Notes: a model not told the origin generated them from the sequence alone. A stretch of 37,417 nucleotides of DNA from Candidatus Sigynarchaeum calidifontis (GCA_030587475.2 JAUQYZ020000008.1:1-37417); one strand, 5' to 3'; counted from the stretch's first letter, positions 15,305 to 25,734 are shown. Numbers and translations: made by a program.

Positions 15305-16300
15305 ATGGTGACATTGATGGCGAGCATCCACGAAGGGCGCTTGATGGTGCTGCTGTTCGCGCTGGCACTCATCCCCACGTATTTCATCGTGTTCTTCATA
15401 TTCTATTCCCCGGATTACAGCACCGTCGGCAATTTCCAGATATTATACATTATTTTCGTCAACGCTATAACGTACATCACCGCGTGGGAGATCTTTATCG
15501 TTCTCTACTCCAATCGCCTCGCGGATTCCTACGATCGCATGAAGAACATCGTGAGTTTCATCTCGATCCGGTATAACTTGTATTATGGCCTCACGGCGCT
15601 CTTCTTCATCTTTCTCATGGTGTTCCCCCTCGTCACGCCGGTCGTCGCGAGCTTGATCCTCGGCTCGGTCGTCTGGCGCATCGTGACGGCCTGGCACGAC
15701 TGGGAAAAGAGCGAGAAGACGCCGTCGTGGGCAATCATCGCGGTCATCGTGGTCATGATCATCCCGCTCGTGTTCAATGTCTTTTTCTACATCGACTTCA
15801 TCCCGAAGGCATGGGAATTCTGGAACAAGTTCGTGGCGCTCTTCGCCCGGCACCTGAGCAACGTGGCCAAGGCAATGGCTACGGCGGTCATCCTCGGCTC
15901 GATCGCCTACTTGCTCCGCTTCGGCACGTCAGAATACGAGCTGGTCTTCACGAGCAAGAAAGAGCGTCCCAAGGAGATCGGCTATATCCGTGGCTTGCAA
16001 GCCTTCCTCTTCGTCTTGTTCGTGCTGCTGATCTACATCCAGAACACGCTATTCAATTATATCCAGTATCTCGCGATTTTCCTGAACGTGGTCGTGATCC
16101 TCGGCAACTTGCGGAAGAGCCGGCAGATATCGGGCGTGGGGAGGAGCGTTTTCTCGTACATCCTGGTCATGATCCTCTTCATCTTCAGCGTCATGGGGCA
16201 AGCCGTGCTGGAAGGCATCATCCTCGTCGTCTCATCGCTCGCCTACCTTGCCACGTTCGTGTACGTGTTCGCCACCACGCCCGACGAGGCATCAGAATAG
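15305..16300 (+). CDS. Hypothetical polytopic membrane protein (~10 TM)
   Basis: Long ORF with host-like codon usage, almost entirely hydrophobic helices. Confidence 0.8.
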   Translation: MVTLMASIHEGRLMVLLFALALIPTYFIVFFIFYSPDYSTVGNFQILYIIFVNAITYITAWEIFIVLYSNRLADSYDRMKNIVSFISIRYNLYYGLTALFFIFLMVFPLVTPVVASLILGSVVWRIVTAWHDWEKSEKTPSWAIIAVIVVMIIPLVFNVFFYIDFIPKAWEFWNKFVALFARHLSNVAKAMATAVILGSIAYLLRFGTSEYELVFTSKKERPKEIGYIRGLQAFLFVLFVLLIYIQNTLFNYIQYLAIFLNVVVILGNLRKSRQISGVGRSVFSYILVMILFIFSVMGQAVLEGIILVVSSLAYLATFVYVFATTPDEASE

Positions 16301-16432
16301 GTATCGACAATCCGATGCGGTTCAATATCCAATTTTTTGTTTATTATCCATTCAACATCCGGCACACGCCAGATCGCGCCCGCCACGACGAAAGGGAGCC
16401 GGCCAAGCGGATGTACCACGCACGGATCGCCA

Positions 16433-16452
16433 CGTTCTAGCCCCCTAGAACG
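16433..16452. promoter_or_regulatory. Perfect inverted repeat abutting a BRE/TATA-like element
   Basis: CGTTCTAG-CCCC-CTAGAACG followed by AAATGG-TTGATAAG. Confidence 0.5.
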
Positions 16453-16546
16453 AAATGGTTGATAAGGCAATTCGACCATATTGGATTCGATAGCAGCCAC
16501 CCGGCTGCTAGCGTAGATTGTAAAGAAAACAAGGTGTACACTCGCC

Positions 16547-18643
16547 ATGCAAAAAAGCAAACGAACAACCCTTCTCCTCCTGTCCGTCATCGCCGTCTCG
16601 GCAGTTGTCGTGCCCGGGCTCTACATGAACGCGGCGAAAGCGGACGTGACGCCCCAGCAGTTCACGGACTTCGGCAGTCTCTTCACCGACCCAACGTCTG
16701 CAGGTAGCACGATCGGCAGCATGCTCGGGGGCATCGAAGGGTTCAAAGGGAACGTCCTGGGTAACATCTTCACCTTGATGTTCAAGCAAGTACTCAACTT
16801 CGAGGAACAAGAGATGCTCCCCGGCAAGAACGTGTACGTGTTCAGCGCCAACGCGTCCCAGCTCAACAGCTCGACCATAACGCGTTCGGGTAGCGAATAT
16901 TACTCGACCTACGTGCCCTACAGGGACAATCTCGGGAACCAGTATTGGGTCGCGGTCAACCGCAGTTACAACGTGCAGATCACCTTCCGCCAAGAGGCGT
17001 TGGTCGTGCTCATCCTCTGGGACGACGACGGCTCGCTCGTCGCGGCCATCAAGCGGGTGCTCGCGGTCGTCCGGGAAGCCATGGCATATGCCGAGGAATA
17101 TGAAGCGACCCACGGTCCCGGATCGAGGGTCGAATTCCCGCAAGAACTCGTCGAGAAGGGTGCCGAGCTGATCACGTGGATGCTCGTGCACATCAACGAC
17201 ATCATCACGGGCGACGAGCAGATCATCTTCCAGCCCTCGTACTACTGGTCATACCACCTCCACGGGAGCTTCATTGAGACGAAGACGTGGTACAACTATT
17301 CTAGCCCCTCGCCTTACACGCCGATCGGCAAGCCTTCCTTGTCAATTTTCCCGGCTGGCGCGCAGGATGACGACTTCATGGAGTACCTGACCGGTGCCGA
17401 TATCAACGAACCGAACGCTGACTTCTACGATTCGGGTTTCCTCTTCCACCTGTTCCAGCTCTGGCTGCAGCGCTTCCAGATCTCGATCAACATGAGCAAG
17501 CTCGGCGCGCTTATCGGCTGGGGCCAGGACGGCGGGAACGTGACCGGCGACATGCTCGGTAACCTGCTCGAAGGCGTCGACATCAAGTTCACGTTCACGC
17601 AGCACCACCTGCTCGGCGGAGCACTATATGAAGATCTCGATCCTGATGGCGCGGGGCCTCTATTACCCGACGGGAAGCCGACGGTCACGTACGAGACGAC
17701 AAACTGGCAATACACGGACGCCAACGGGACGAAGAACGTCACCCTCCCCCAGACCAACGAGTTCCGGTACAAGCTCGACTTGAACAGCACCGGCGACCCG
17801 TGGACCATGAACAGCCCGGCGAGGGTGGGCAACGCGGTCAAGTGGAGCGTGCAGTTCAACAACCCCACGTTGAAGGCCATTCCCATCGGCATGGACGATT
17901 ACGAGGCGGGGCTTGGTGGTTATGCGATCCCGCTCAGCACGACCATGTTGAAATTCGGGTTCACCTTCGAGCCATCGTTCGAGGATGTCCCCGTGCCCGA
18001 CGGGAGCGGTAACGTCGTGAAAACGGTTCGTCTTGGCAAGGGAACGGTCAAGCTCGACCAGGAATTCGGCACGTTCAATGGAGGCACGTTACCTGTGGCC
18101 TTGCAAGGACTTGATCTCGCGGTCGTGTACTTCTCGCACATCTTCAAGTTCGACTTCAGCTATCGCAGCGAGGCGAACCCCGACGTGTCCGAGGAGACCG
18201 AGTGGTACGAGCGCGCAGACGGCACGCTTGACTTCCTGGACAGTTCCAGCGCTGATTACTTCGGCCAGATCGACATTGCCGGCCCGAATTACCAGACGCG
18301 ATCGAATTCCTACCCGGCGAGCACGTCCATCATTCCCTTTGCCTTGTTCCAGTTTACATACGAGGCCGAGCGGAATATCGCCAACGACGACTTCTCGATT
18401 AGCCAGGGCGAGTCTGCTTTCCGCACGCAGAGCCTCTACCTCGATATCAGCTCGGCGTGGGCATTCTACTGCGTCTCATATCCCGAATGGGATGGCTCCG
18501 CTCTCGTACACGACCCGACGTTCAGCATCTTCATGACGCTCGACACCGAGGTGCCATGGGCGGTCATCTTGCTCGTCGTTACCATCGGTGCCCTCGTCGG
18601 CGCGTCGATCTTGATCTACCTCAAGAAGCAAGGCCGCTTCTGA
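16547..18643 (+). CDS. Secreted, C-terminally membrane-anchored surface protein (candidate S-layer/envelope glycoprotein)
   Basis: Signal peptide MQKSKRTTLLLL..; several N-x-S/T sequons; YPEWDGSALVHDPTF before a C-terminal TM and basic KKQGRF; SD-like AAGGTG. Confidence 0.7.
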   Translation: MQKSKRTTLLLLSVIAVSAVVVPGLYMNAAKADVTPQQFTDFGSLFTDPTSAGSTIGSMLGGIEGFKGNVLGNIFTLMFKQVLNFEEQEMLPGKNVYVFSANASQLNSSTITRSGSEYYSTYVPYRDNLGNQYWVAVNRSYNVQITFRQEALVVLILWDDDGSLVAAIKRVLAVVREAMAYAEEYEATHGPGSRVEFPQELVEKGAELITWMLVHINDIITGDEQIIFQPSYYWSYHLHGSFIETKTWYNYSSPSPYTPIGKPSLSIFPAGAQDDDFMEYLTGADINEPNADFYDSGFLFHLFQLWLQRFQISINMSKLGALIGWGQDGGNVTGDMLGNLLEGVDIKFTFTQHHLLGGALYEDLDPDGAGPLLPDGKPTVTYETTNWQYTDANGTKNVTLPQTNEFRYKLDLNSTGDPWTMNSPARVGNAVKWSVQFNNPTLKAIPIGMDDYEAGLGGYAIPLSTTMLKFGFTFEPSFEDVPVPDGSGNVVKTVRLGKGTVKLDQEFGTFNGGTLPVALQGLDLAVVYFSHIFKFDFSYRSEANPDVSEETEWYERADGTLDFLDSSSADYFGQIDIAGPNYQTRSNSYPASTSIIPFALFQFTYEAERNIANDDFSISQGESAFRTQSLYLDISSAWAFYCVSYPEWDGSALVHDPTFSIFMTLDTEVPWAVILLVVTIGALVGASILIYLKKQGRF

Positions 18644-18658
18644 GCTGGAGAAGCAATA

Positions 18659-18684
18659 ATTTTTCAATCTTTCCTTTTTTTCCC
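18659..18684 (+). terminator. T-rich terminator between convergent genes
   Basis: TTTTTCAATCTTTCCTTTTTTTCCC. Confidence 0.5.
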
Positions 18685-18692
18685 TTGAAATC

Positions 18693-19628
18693 TCACGTCT
18701 TGAACAGCGCGGCGTTGATCTCGTCCCGCATCTGCTCCGTTTCCTGCCGCGTCGCTTTTTCGAAGGACTCGGCCGGGCAAGCGTGCTTCTTCGAGAGCGT
18801 GTAGGCGTACAAGAGCGCGCGGGAGGAATTCACGACGGCACCGGACCCGTTCGCGGCGAAGCCGTGCTTCACGTCCTCGGCGGTCGCTCCTTGCACGCCG
18901 TAACCGGGCACGAGGATGAACGCGTTGGGAAGGAGCGCCCTGACCTCCCGCAGCTGCTCGGGATACGTAGCACCGACGACCACGCCCGCCTTCCCGTAGG
19001 TGATCATGCCTGGATCCTTGAATTGCTCGTTCCATCCCGCGACGAGCTTGACCATGTGCACGTAATTGCGCTCCAAGGCAGCATCACCAACCAGCGTGCT
19101 CGTTTTCCCGGCCGGCGCATCGGGGATAGGCATCGAGAAGAGATCCTGGAATTCTCCACTGCTCTTGTTCGATGTTTTCGCCAGCACGAAGATGCCCTTA
19201 CCCCGCCGCTTGAGGAAAGGTTCCACGCAGTCAGTACCGAGGTAGCCGTTGACCGTGACGGCATCGGCGCCGAGCACGTCGAACGCGGCCGTGGCATACG
19301 CCTCGCTCGTGCTCCCGATGTCGTTGAACTTCCCGTCCAGGATGACAAGCAGCCCCAGTTTCTTTGCTTTCTGAATTGTTTTTTTCAGCGCGTCCATTGC
19401 GTCGTGCGCCATGTAGAACGCGAGCTGTGGTTTCACGGCTGGCACGATATCGTGCACGGTCTCGAGGATCCTCGCGTTGAATTCCAAGATGGCTTCGGAT
19501 CGCGAGTTTTTCGAGGCATCGAGCAGGAACCGCGGGATCGAGGCCTGGCCCTGGAAGGTCGGGTCGAGGCCCACGCATACCCGGCTGTTTTTCTCGGCAA
19601 TTTGCCGGGCGAGTTCATCCATGAACAT
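18693..19628 (-). CDS. pyrF: Orotidine-5'-phosphate decarboxylase
   Basis: CVGLDP, AVKPQLAFY, ILDGKFNDIGST, VVGATYP, LVPGYGVQG, VVNSSR; GAGGAG SD before ATG 19628. Confidence 0.96.
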   Translation of the reverse strand: MFMDELARQIAEKNSRVCVGLDPTFQGQASIPRFLLDASKNSRSEAILEFNARILETVHDIVPAVKPQLAFYMAHDAMDALKKTIQKAKKLGLLVILDGKFNDIGSTSEAYATAAFDVLGADAVTVNGYLGTDCVEPFLKRRGKGIFVLAKTSNKSSGEFQDLFSMPIPDAPAGKTSTLVGDAALERNYVHMVKLVAGWNEQFKDPGMITYGKAGVVVGATYPEQLREVRALLPNAFILVPGYGVQGATAEDVKHGFAANGSGAVVNSSRALLYAYTLSKKHACPAESFEKATRQETEQMRDEINAALFKT

Positions 19629-19824
19629 GGTCGTGTCTCCTCGTTTCATCGAGATCTCTTGCAATGGCATTCTGGCGGGGCAGTCTCTCGAGAGCCGGCC
19701 ACCTCCCGTACAATCTCCTGGTACAGTAAAAGCCGCTGGCAACCAGATCGATGGGGAGTTAAGACATGTCATCGACGCGCGCAAATAAAAAGCATCGAGC
19801 GCGCGCTCCTCTTGTTAAAAGTAG

Positions 19825-19838
19825 GGTTATAAATATCG
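19825..19838 (+). promoter_or_regulatory. TATA box of the SWIM/YehL operon (divergent from pyrF)
   Basis: AAAAGTAGGG-TTATAAATA. Confidence 0.55.
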
Positions 19839-19896
19839 CCATCGCGATGAGAGTAGCGTTCTTGATGTTTTCCGAGATATTATCTTGGGGCGAGCA

Positions 19897-20409
19897 ATGA
19901 TGGTGAAACAAGCTGCTGCTGATGGCTCGATCCTGGCATTCGTGGAGGAGATCACGAGGGTGAATGCCGATCCCGCGTTGGTTCCAAAAATCCAGAAGGC
20001 CATCGCGATGTTCAAGAAAGAGCGGAACTTGCTCTACATCGACGGCGATCCAGTGGCTGGAACGATGAAGGCAGTGATCAAGTCCCAGACACATCCTGAT
20101 GAACTGGAATACGCCGTGTTCTTGAACAAGGCGGGCAATTTCTTTTGCACCACGCAGAACTTGCGCCCGTGCGGCGGCTTGCGTGGCCAGATATGCAAGC
20201 ACATCGTCCTGGGGTTGATCGCGCTCGTGAAATCGGGAACCATGGATTGCCGCGAGATCTCGGGCTGGGTGAAGTTGACCAGCAATAACCGGCCCGTGCT
20301 GGACAAGGACGAGGCGACCCGGATCTTCTTGAAGTACAAGAATGCCTTGGATGGAAAGCTGGATTGGCGGCCGATCGAGATCCTTCCCGAGGATTTTATG
20401 GCTGTTTGA
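19897..20409 (+). CDS. SWIM-type zinc-finger protein
   Basis: FFCTTQNLRPCGGLRGQICKHIV, a SWIM-like CKH motif preceded by beta strands. Confidence 0.75.
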   Translation: MMVKQAAADGSILAFVEEITRVNADPALVPKIQKAIAMFKKERNLLYIDGDPVAGTMKAVIKSQTHPDELEYAVFLNKAGNFFCTTQNLRPCGGLRGQICKHIVLGLIALVKSGTMDCREISGWVKLTSNNRPVLDKDEATRIFLKYKNALDGKLDWRPIEILPEDFMAV

Positions 20410-20437
20410 TCTTGATCCCACTCTTGCGGCGAAGAGA

Positions 20438-20782
20438 ATGGACAACGGAACCCCGGCTGATGCATGGGCCGTCTTTGATCTCGTGAAGATAAACTTGACC
20501 GACATCCTGGTCAAGGGCGTCGAGAGCGGCGGCATTGCCAGCCACTTGCCTGCCTTGGCCACCTTGAAGGGACGCCTGGCCACCATGAACATGGGCACGG
20601 TCGCGGACCTCGTGCAAGGCCTCATGAACGCGCTGCAAGACACCGCGGGAGCGAGCACGAGCGAGCGGCGCGCCCGGGTATCGGGTGCCATGATGAAGAT
20701 AATGGCAGCTGCCCGTTTATTCGAGATACAACTGAACGTGGAGACGGTGAAGCAGCAATTGGCGGAGCCGGGGGGTGACTGA
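20438..20782 (+). CDS. Small helical hypothetical protein of the SWIM/YehL operon
   Basis: ORF fills the gap between co-directional genes; amphipathic helices. Confidence 0.65.
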   Translation: MDNGTPADAWAVFDLVKINLTDILVKGVESGGIASHLPALATLKGRLATMNMGTVADLVQGLMNALQDTAGASTSERRARVSGAMMKIMAAARLFEIQLNVETVKQQLAEPGGD

Positions 20783-20784
20783 TC

Positions 20785-21939
20785 GTGCAACCCCAACTGG
20801 TGAAATTATGTCGCGAGATAAAGGACCTCGCCGAGATCCTCGCGTACAATGGCTTGAACCTGGTCTCGCAAGAGAACACGCGGCAGATCGAGATGCTCAT
20901 GCACCAGGCATCCGCCTTGCGCTTGTTCCGCACGGCGACGTCGCTGCGGTACCTCAACGTCGAGCTCGACCGGTTCATGAAGCACCTGCCCGCGTTCAAC
21001 GCCGAGCGATACGTGTTTTTCTTGAATAATTGCTGGCTGCTAAGCCAAGCATTCTTGTCGGGGCGGATGGATCCCGGCGGGGCAGCGGAAGGGCACAAAT
21101 CGGAGATATACGGGGACACATCGGATCCGGTCAGCGTGGAGGAGATGGACCTGCGGCTTGCCGGCCTGGAAAAGATTCACCTGGAAGGTGCTTTGTTTGG
21201 CCTCATCTTTTATTTCATCTCGCTGAATGCCGGCCGCAAGAACGACATCATCAAGATGAGCATCTTGCAGCAGCCAAAGGGATTGACCAATCCTGATGTT
21301 TTCCTGAGCATGGCCATCCCGGGTACCGACCCGTCCATACCCTTCTACAAGATCCTGAAAAAAGACTTGAAGTTGAAAAACGTGAAGTACCTGGAACGCG
21401 AGTCCCAGATCCAGCTCGATCCGGGTGCAAGACCCGAGGTCCGCTTTTCAACAACCGCTTCCGACGAGGACCCGTTTCCCCTGGCATCGTTCGAGGCGTA
21501 CGTCGCCACTCGCCAAAGAATCTTGCACAAAATCAGCTCGGTCAAGATAACCCCGTTCGACACGTCCATCTTCAACATCGGGTATGCCTACGTGAAAAAG
21601 GCCGCCATCGTTGCCCAGCGTAAAGAGGGAGAGCACCAGGGGAGCTACCAAACGGCCGTTCACGTGTTCGAGATCCACCACGAGCACGCGTTTCCCTTGC
21701 TCGCGCGGATTCAAGACAAGCCAGTAAACAAGGTTCTCGTCGAGAACATGGCGAGAATCCACACGTGTAAAGAACCCATCGATGGCATTTTCGGGAGACT
21801 CGTGATCGAACGGGGCACGCTGTCGCTTTTTCCCCTTGCTTGCGTCGATAGCCTGGGGATCTGGTTCCCCGCCATCGATAAGAATTTGAAGTTTAGCAAC
21901 AAGGACATTCTGCAGCAACTCTACCAGCAACAAAAGTGA
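20785..21939 (+). CDS. Hypothetical protein of the SWIM/YehL operon
   Basis: 384-aa ORF tightly coupled to neighbours; helical N-terminus, beta-rich C-terminus. Confidence 0.75.
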   Translation: MQPQLVKLCREIKDLAEILAYNGLNLVSQENTRQIEMLMHQASALRLFRTATSLRYLNVELDRFMKHLPAFNAERYVFFLNNCWLLSQAFLSGRMDPGGAAEGHKSEIYGDTSDPVSVEEMDLRLAGLEKIHLEGALFGLIFYFISLNAGRKNDIIKMSILQQPKGLTNPDVFLSMAIPGTDPSIPFYKILKKDLKLKNVKYLERESQIQLDPGARPEVRFSTTASDEDPFPLASFEAYVATRQRILHKISSVKITPFDTSIFNIGYAYVKKAAIVAQRKEGEHQGSYQTAVHVFEIHHEHAFPLLARIQDKPVNKVLVENMARIHTCKEPIDGIFGRLVIERGTLSLFPLACVDSLGIWFPAIDKNLKFSNKDILQQLYQQQK

Positions 21940-21976
21940 TCGTCACCATTGAGCCCCCGTTAACGCGTGATGACAA

Positions 21977-23242
21977 ATGGGAAAAAAAAGCACCGCGTCA
22001 GCGAGCCCCAAACCAGCCCCGGCCAGCGCTAGCAGCTCGGTTCCGAGCGATATTGGCCAAGACACCAAGAAAGAGCAGGTCGGGCTGGGCCGGGAAAAGA
22101 TTGATTCCATGAAGGCCTTGATCGAGAAGATACGCGCCCCCGTCGAGGAATCGCGAGCCGAGGAGCTGTTCGCCCTGGCCCAGAACGACACCTACCCGAA
22201 GCCACAAAATTGGAAGCTCTCGCCCAAGATGGTGGAGACGTTCATCATCGGGACCGATGAAGAATTCTCCTACACGGTCGGCGGGCAGAAAAAACGCATC
22301 CAGATAAAGCCGAAATATTACGGCGACAAGAACATCGTCCAGAAGTCGATCGTCACGCTCGCGAGCGAGCGGGCGTTGATGCTCATCGGGGAACCAGGCA
22401 CGGCGAAGTCCTGGCTCTCCGAACATCTCGCCGCGGCGACATGTGGCTTGTCGACTTACTTGATACAAGGCACGGCAGGAACGACCGAGGACCAGATCCG
22501 GTATTCCTGGAACTATGCCTTGCTCGTGGCCGAAGGACCAACTCCCAGGGCACTCGTGCCGTCGCCCACGATCAACGCCATGCGGTCCGGGTGCATCCTC
22601 CGCTTCGAGGAGCTCACGCGGTGCCCCCAGGAGATCCAGGACTGCATGGTCTCCATCTTGTCGGAGAAAGTCGTCCCCGTGCCCGAGCTCGGCTCTGAAT
22701 ACCTGGTGTTCGGGAAGCCCGGGTTCAACGTGATCGCGACGGCGAACGATCGGGATCGCGGCGTGAACGAGATGAGCGCAGCGTTGAAGCGCAGGTTCAA
22801 TTTCATCTACATTCCAGTCATCCAAGACAAGGACCTGGAGAAAAAAATCGTCTTGCAGCGAACGGGAGAGATACTGGATCGCATGGGGTTCGAGATCCAG
22901 CTCCCGAAGGACGTGCTGGACCTTCTCGTCACGGTCTTTCAAGATTTACGCTCTGGCAAGAGTGGATCCGGTGGCCGGTTCACGCCGATATCGACCGTCA
23001 TGTCCACGTCGGAGGAGATATCGGTACTCATCGATTCCGCCATTTACGCGTATTTCTTTGGCAATAAAAAAGTTGGTGCAGAAGACATTGCCATGAACAT
23101 CGTCGATGCAATCGTCAAGGATGACAAGGAGAACCTGGCCAAACTTCGCGAGTATCTCAACATCGAGGTCAATGCACGCTCGTCCAAATCGGATGTCTGG
23201 GCAAGTTTCTACAAGGCGATGAACAAGCTGTCCCGCATTTGA
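21977..23242 (+). CDS. yehL: MoxR-type AAA+ ATPase, YehL subfamily
   Basis: Walker A GEPGTAKS-WLSEHLAAA; IQGTAGTTEDQIRYSWNYA; RFEELTRC; ATANDRDRGVNEMSAALKRRFN. Confidence 0.9.
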   Translation: MGKKSTASASPKPAPASASSSVPSDIGQDTKKEQVGLGREKIDSMKALIEKIRAPVEESRAEELFALAQNDTYPKPQNWKLSPKMVETFIIGTDEEFSYTVGGQKKRIQIKPKYYGDKNIVQKSIVTLASERALMLIGEPGTAKSWLSEHLAAATCGLSTYLIQGTAGTTEDQIRYSWNYALLVAEGPTPRALVPSPTINAMRSGCILRFEELTRCPQEIQDCMVSILSEKVVPVPELGSEYLVFGKPGFNVIATANDRDRGVNEMSAALKRRFNFIYIPVIQDKDLEKKIVLQRTGEILDRMGFEIQLPKDVLDLLVTVFQDLRSGKSGSGGRFTPISTVMSTSEEISVLIDSAIYAYFFGNKKVGAEDIAMNIVDAIVKDDKENLAKLREYLNIEVNARSSKSDVWASFYKAMNKLSRI

Positions 23243-23253
23243 GGTGCAGTCAA

Positions 23254-25734
23254 GTGGCGGACGTGAAAGCGCTTTCGGGCACCCAGCTCAAGGACGTGCT
23301 CCTGGGAGTTGCCCGTGCGGCTGGCATCGACACGTCCGGCATCGAGGAGCAGGTATCGGCTGCCATGACCGCCCGCTTGAAATTACTTCCCGTCCGCCAC
23401 CATTCGCCCGCGTCGGCACTGCTGGTCAAGCAAGCCATCGGCACGTGGAAGCCCAAGCTGGTGCTGATCGAGGGGCCTTCGAGCGCCGACACGCTGATCC
23501 AATACATGGTCGAGAACGATACCGTGCCGCCGTTCGCGATACTGTCCATGTTCACCGACGACGCGAACCACTTCGGCATGAACGGCGTCATGCCGTTCAG
23601 CCCGGACAAGGCGATCCCTGCCCGGTTCCAGGTGCATTACCCCTTCATCTCCTACTCGCCCGAGCTGGTGGCCCTCGCCGAGGCGAAGCGGTGCAAGATC
23701 CCCGTCCACTTCATCGACCTCCCCCTTACCGGCCTCGTGCCGTATATCGTGAATTTCAAGGAAAAGATCGTTCATTTCTTGAAGCACGAGGAAGAAATGA
23801 TCTTTTCAAGCGTATTTTTCCAGAAACTCGTGGATGTTTTTCGTTTTGATGATTTTAACGAGGTCTGGGACACGCTTTTCGAGATCGGAGTGCAGCAGCT
23901 CGACATCGAACAAGCCCGGGAGAACATGCTCTATTTTTGCGCTTGTGTCCGAAAGGCAATCGACCCCGGCTCGCTCGAGCTGGACGGGACGATCGCCCGC
24001 GAGCAATACATGAAACATTGCATCGATCAGCATCTCGCCCGCTATCGCATCTCCGAGAAGGACGTGCTCGTCATCACGGGTGGCATGCATTCCATCGCGC
24101 TGCCCGGCACGACTGCCGCAAAACCATCCATGCCGGAAACAGGTTTCTTGAACTCCCTCGTCCCTTTCTCGTATTTCCGCATCAGCGACAAGTCCGGGTA
24201 CGGCTCGGGAAACCAGGGGCCGCTCTATTACGAGTGTGCATGGAAAAAACTTGACGGGGGCGAGGAGAGACCGTACGAGACGATCGCGCTCGATTTCATC
24301 ACGCAAATCCTCGGTGACGCGCGTGGCAAGGACGAGGTCATATCCATAGCCGATTCCATCAGCTCTTTTCAGGACGCGAAGCTACTGGCGCTTTTGCGCC
24401 GGCGGAACGAGCCGTGCATGAAAGATCTCGTGGATTCGATTTACATGTCCATCGTGAAGGGCAATCCCGCGGTCGAGGGTGCCTACTTGCAGCCCTTGAT
24501 CCGGGAGCGACTGGTCGGCCACAAGGTCGGGAAGATCACGAAGAAAATGGGCCGGTTGCCGCTGCAAGACGACTTTTACTTGCGCTTCGAGTCGCTCGGC
24601 ATCGAGCTGTCCGAGAAGGGCGCGTGCTTCAACTTGAACTTGCGGAACCTCCCGGACGAGGCGCGATCCGTGCTCTTCTGGCGTGTCAGCTATCTCGGGC
24701 TGGGCATCCTGGAACGCACGGCCGGCCCGGACATGCTCAAGGGAATCACGGGGGTTTTCACCGAGACGTGGATGCTTCATTGGAACCCAGGCGTCGACGT
24801 GAAGCTGATCGAGCTCAACATCTACGGGTCGACGGTCGAGGAAGCAAGCAAGAACATGCTGCTCGAGGCGCTCAAGAAAGAAATGGGAAACTTCGACCAC
24901 GCGAGTAATCTCTTGTATCATTCCATCGTGATGGGTTTCACGGCCGAATTCGAGAGCATTCACCAATCATGCATGGATTGTCTCGACCACGACGATAATT
25001 TCATGAACCTGTCGAGCGGGTTCATGAACGTGGTCATCATGTTCAACTACCTCAAGGCGATGGCAAACCAAGAAAAAAATCTCAAGCAAATCGAGACCCT
25101 CCTCGCCCGCAACTATTTCGCCATGTGCTTCGCGCTGCCGAACAACGCGAACCCGAAGGACGAGCTCGTCGACCCGCTCGTCACGGCGATCAAGAAAGTG
25201 GCCACGGTGCTCCTGACGTTCACCGGCATGGATCTCGACAGGCAAGCCTTCGTTGGCAGCTTGAAGACTTGCATGTCCACGACAACCAACGAGTTCATCA
25301 AGGGTTGCTGCATCGGGATCATGTATTTGATGAATGCCGTCGATCTCGCCGAGGTGAAGCGGCAGATAACGGAGTACATGAAATCCAGCGATTCTATCAA
25401 GGTAAAGATCGGTGAATTCATCCGCGGCATCGTTTTCGAGTGCCAATCCCAGTTCCTCTTCAACCCGGACATCTTGAAGCTGCTCGACGAGGTCATCAGT
25501 ACCATCGAATGGCCTGTCTTCTCGGCGATCCTGCCATCGCTCAAGAAATCCTTCAGCGACTTGCAGCCCCGGGAATACGAGATTTTCACGGAGAAGCTTG
25601 CCGAGCTATATTCCTTGAAGGCTACGGTTATCAAGGATTTGAAAGACGAGATCCACGACCGCCACCTGGCCTTGTTCGGCGAGATCAACAAGAAAGTGCG
25701 AGACATCTTCGAAGAATGGTTTGGTGAGGGCTAG
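23254..25734 (+). CDS. DUF5682 / YehM-like protein
   Basis: VRHHSPASA, VLIEGP, YSPELVAL, FIDLP, AREQYM, ITGGMH, LVPFSY..SGYGSG; start uncertain (23239-23263). Confidence 0.85.
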   Translation: MADVKALSGTQLKDVLLGVARAAGIDTSGIEEQVSAAMTARLKLLPVRHHSPASALLVKQAIGTWKPKLVLIEGPSSADTLIQYMVENDTVPPFAILSMFTDDANHFGMNGVMPFSPDKAIPARFQVHYPFISYSPELVALAEAKRCKIPVHFIDLPLTGLVPYIVNFKEKIVHFLKHEEEMIFSSVFFQKLVDVFRFDDFNEVWDTLFEIGVQQLDIEQARENMLYFCACVRKAIDPGSLELDGTIAREQYMKHCIDQHLARYRISEKDVLVITGGMHSIALPGTTAAKPSMPETGFLNSLVPFSYFRISDKSGYGSGNQGPLYYECAWKKLDGGEERPYETIALDFITQILGDARGKDEVISIADSISSFQDAKLLALLRRRNEPCMKDLVDSIYMSIVKGNPAVEGAYLQPLIRERLVGHKVGKITKKMGRLPLQDDFYLRFESLGIELSEKGACFNLNLRNLPDEARSVLFWRVSYLGLGILERTAGPDMLKGITGVFTETWMLHWNPGVDVKLIELNIYGSTVEEASKNMLLEALKKEMGNFDHASNLLYHSIVMGFTAEFESIHQSCMDCLDHDDNFMNLSSGFMNVVIMFNYLKAMANQEKNLKQIETLLARNYFAMCFALPNNANPKDELVDPLVTAIKKVATVLLTFTGMDLDRQAFVGSLKTCMSTTTNEFIKGCCIGIMYLMNAVDLAEVKRQITEYMKSSDSIKVKIGEFIRGIVFECQSQFLFNPDILKLLDEVISTIEWPVFSAILPSLKKSFSDLQPREYEIFTEKLAELYSLKATVIKDLKDEIHDRHLALFGEINKKVRDIFEEWFGEG

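Noticed and set aside
19629-19784. N-terminal extension of PyrF predicted by the ORF track
   Set aside because: Homology starts at MFMDEL, which has a GAGGAG SD; the upstream region looks like leader RNA.
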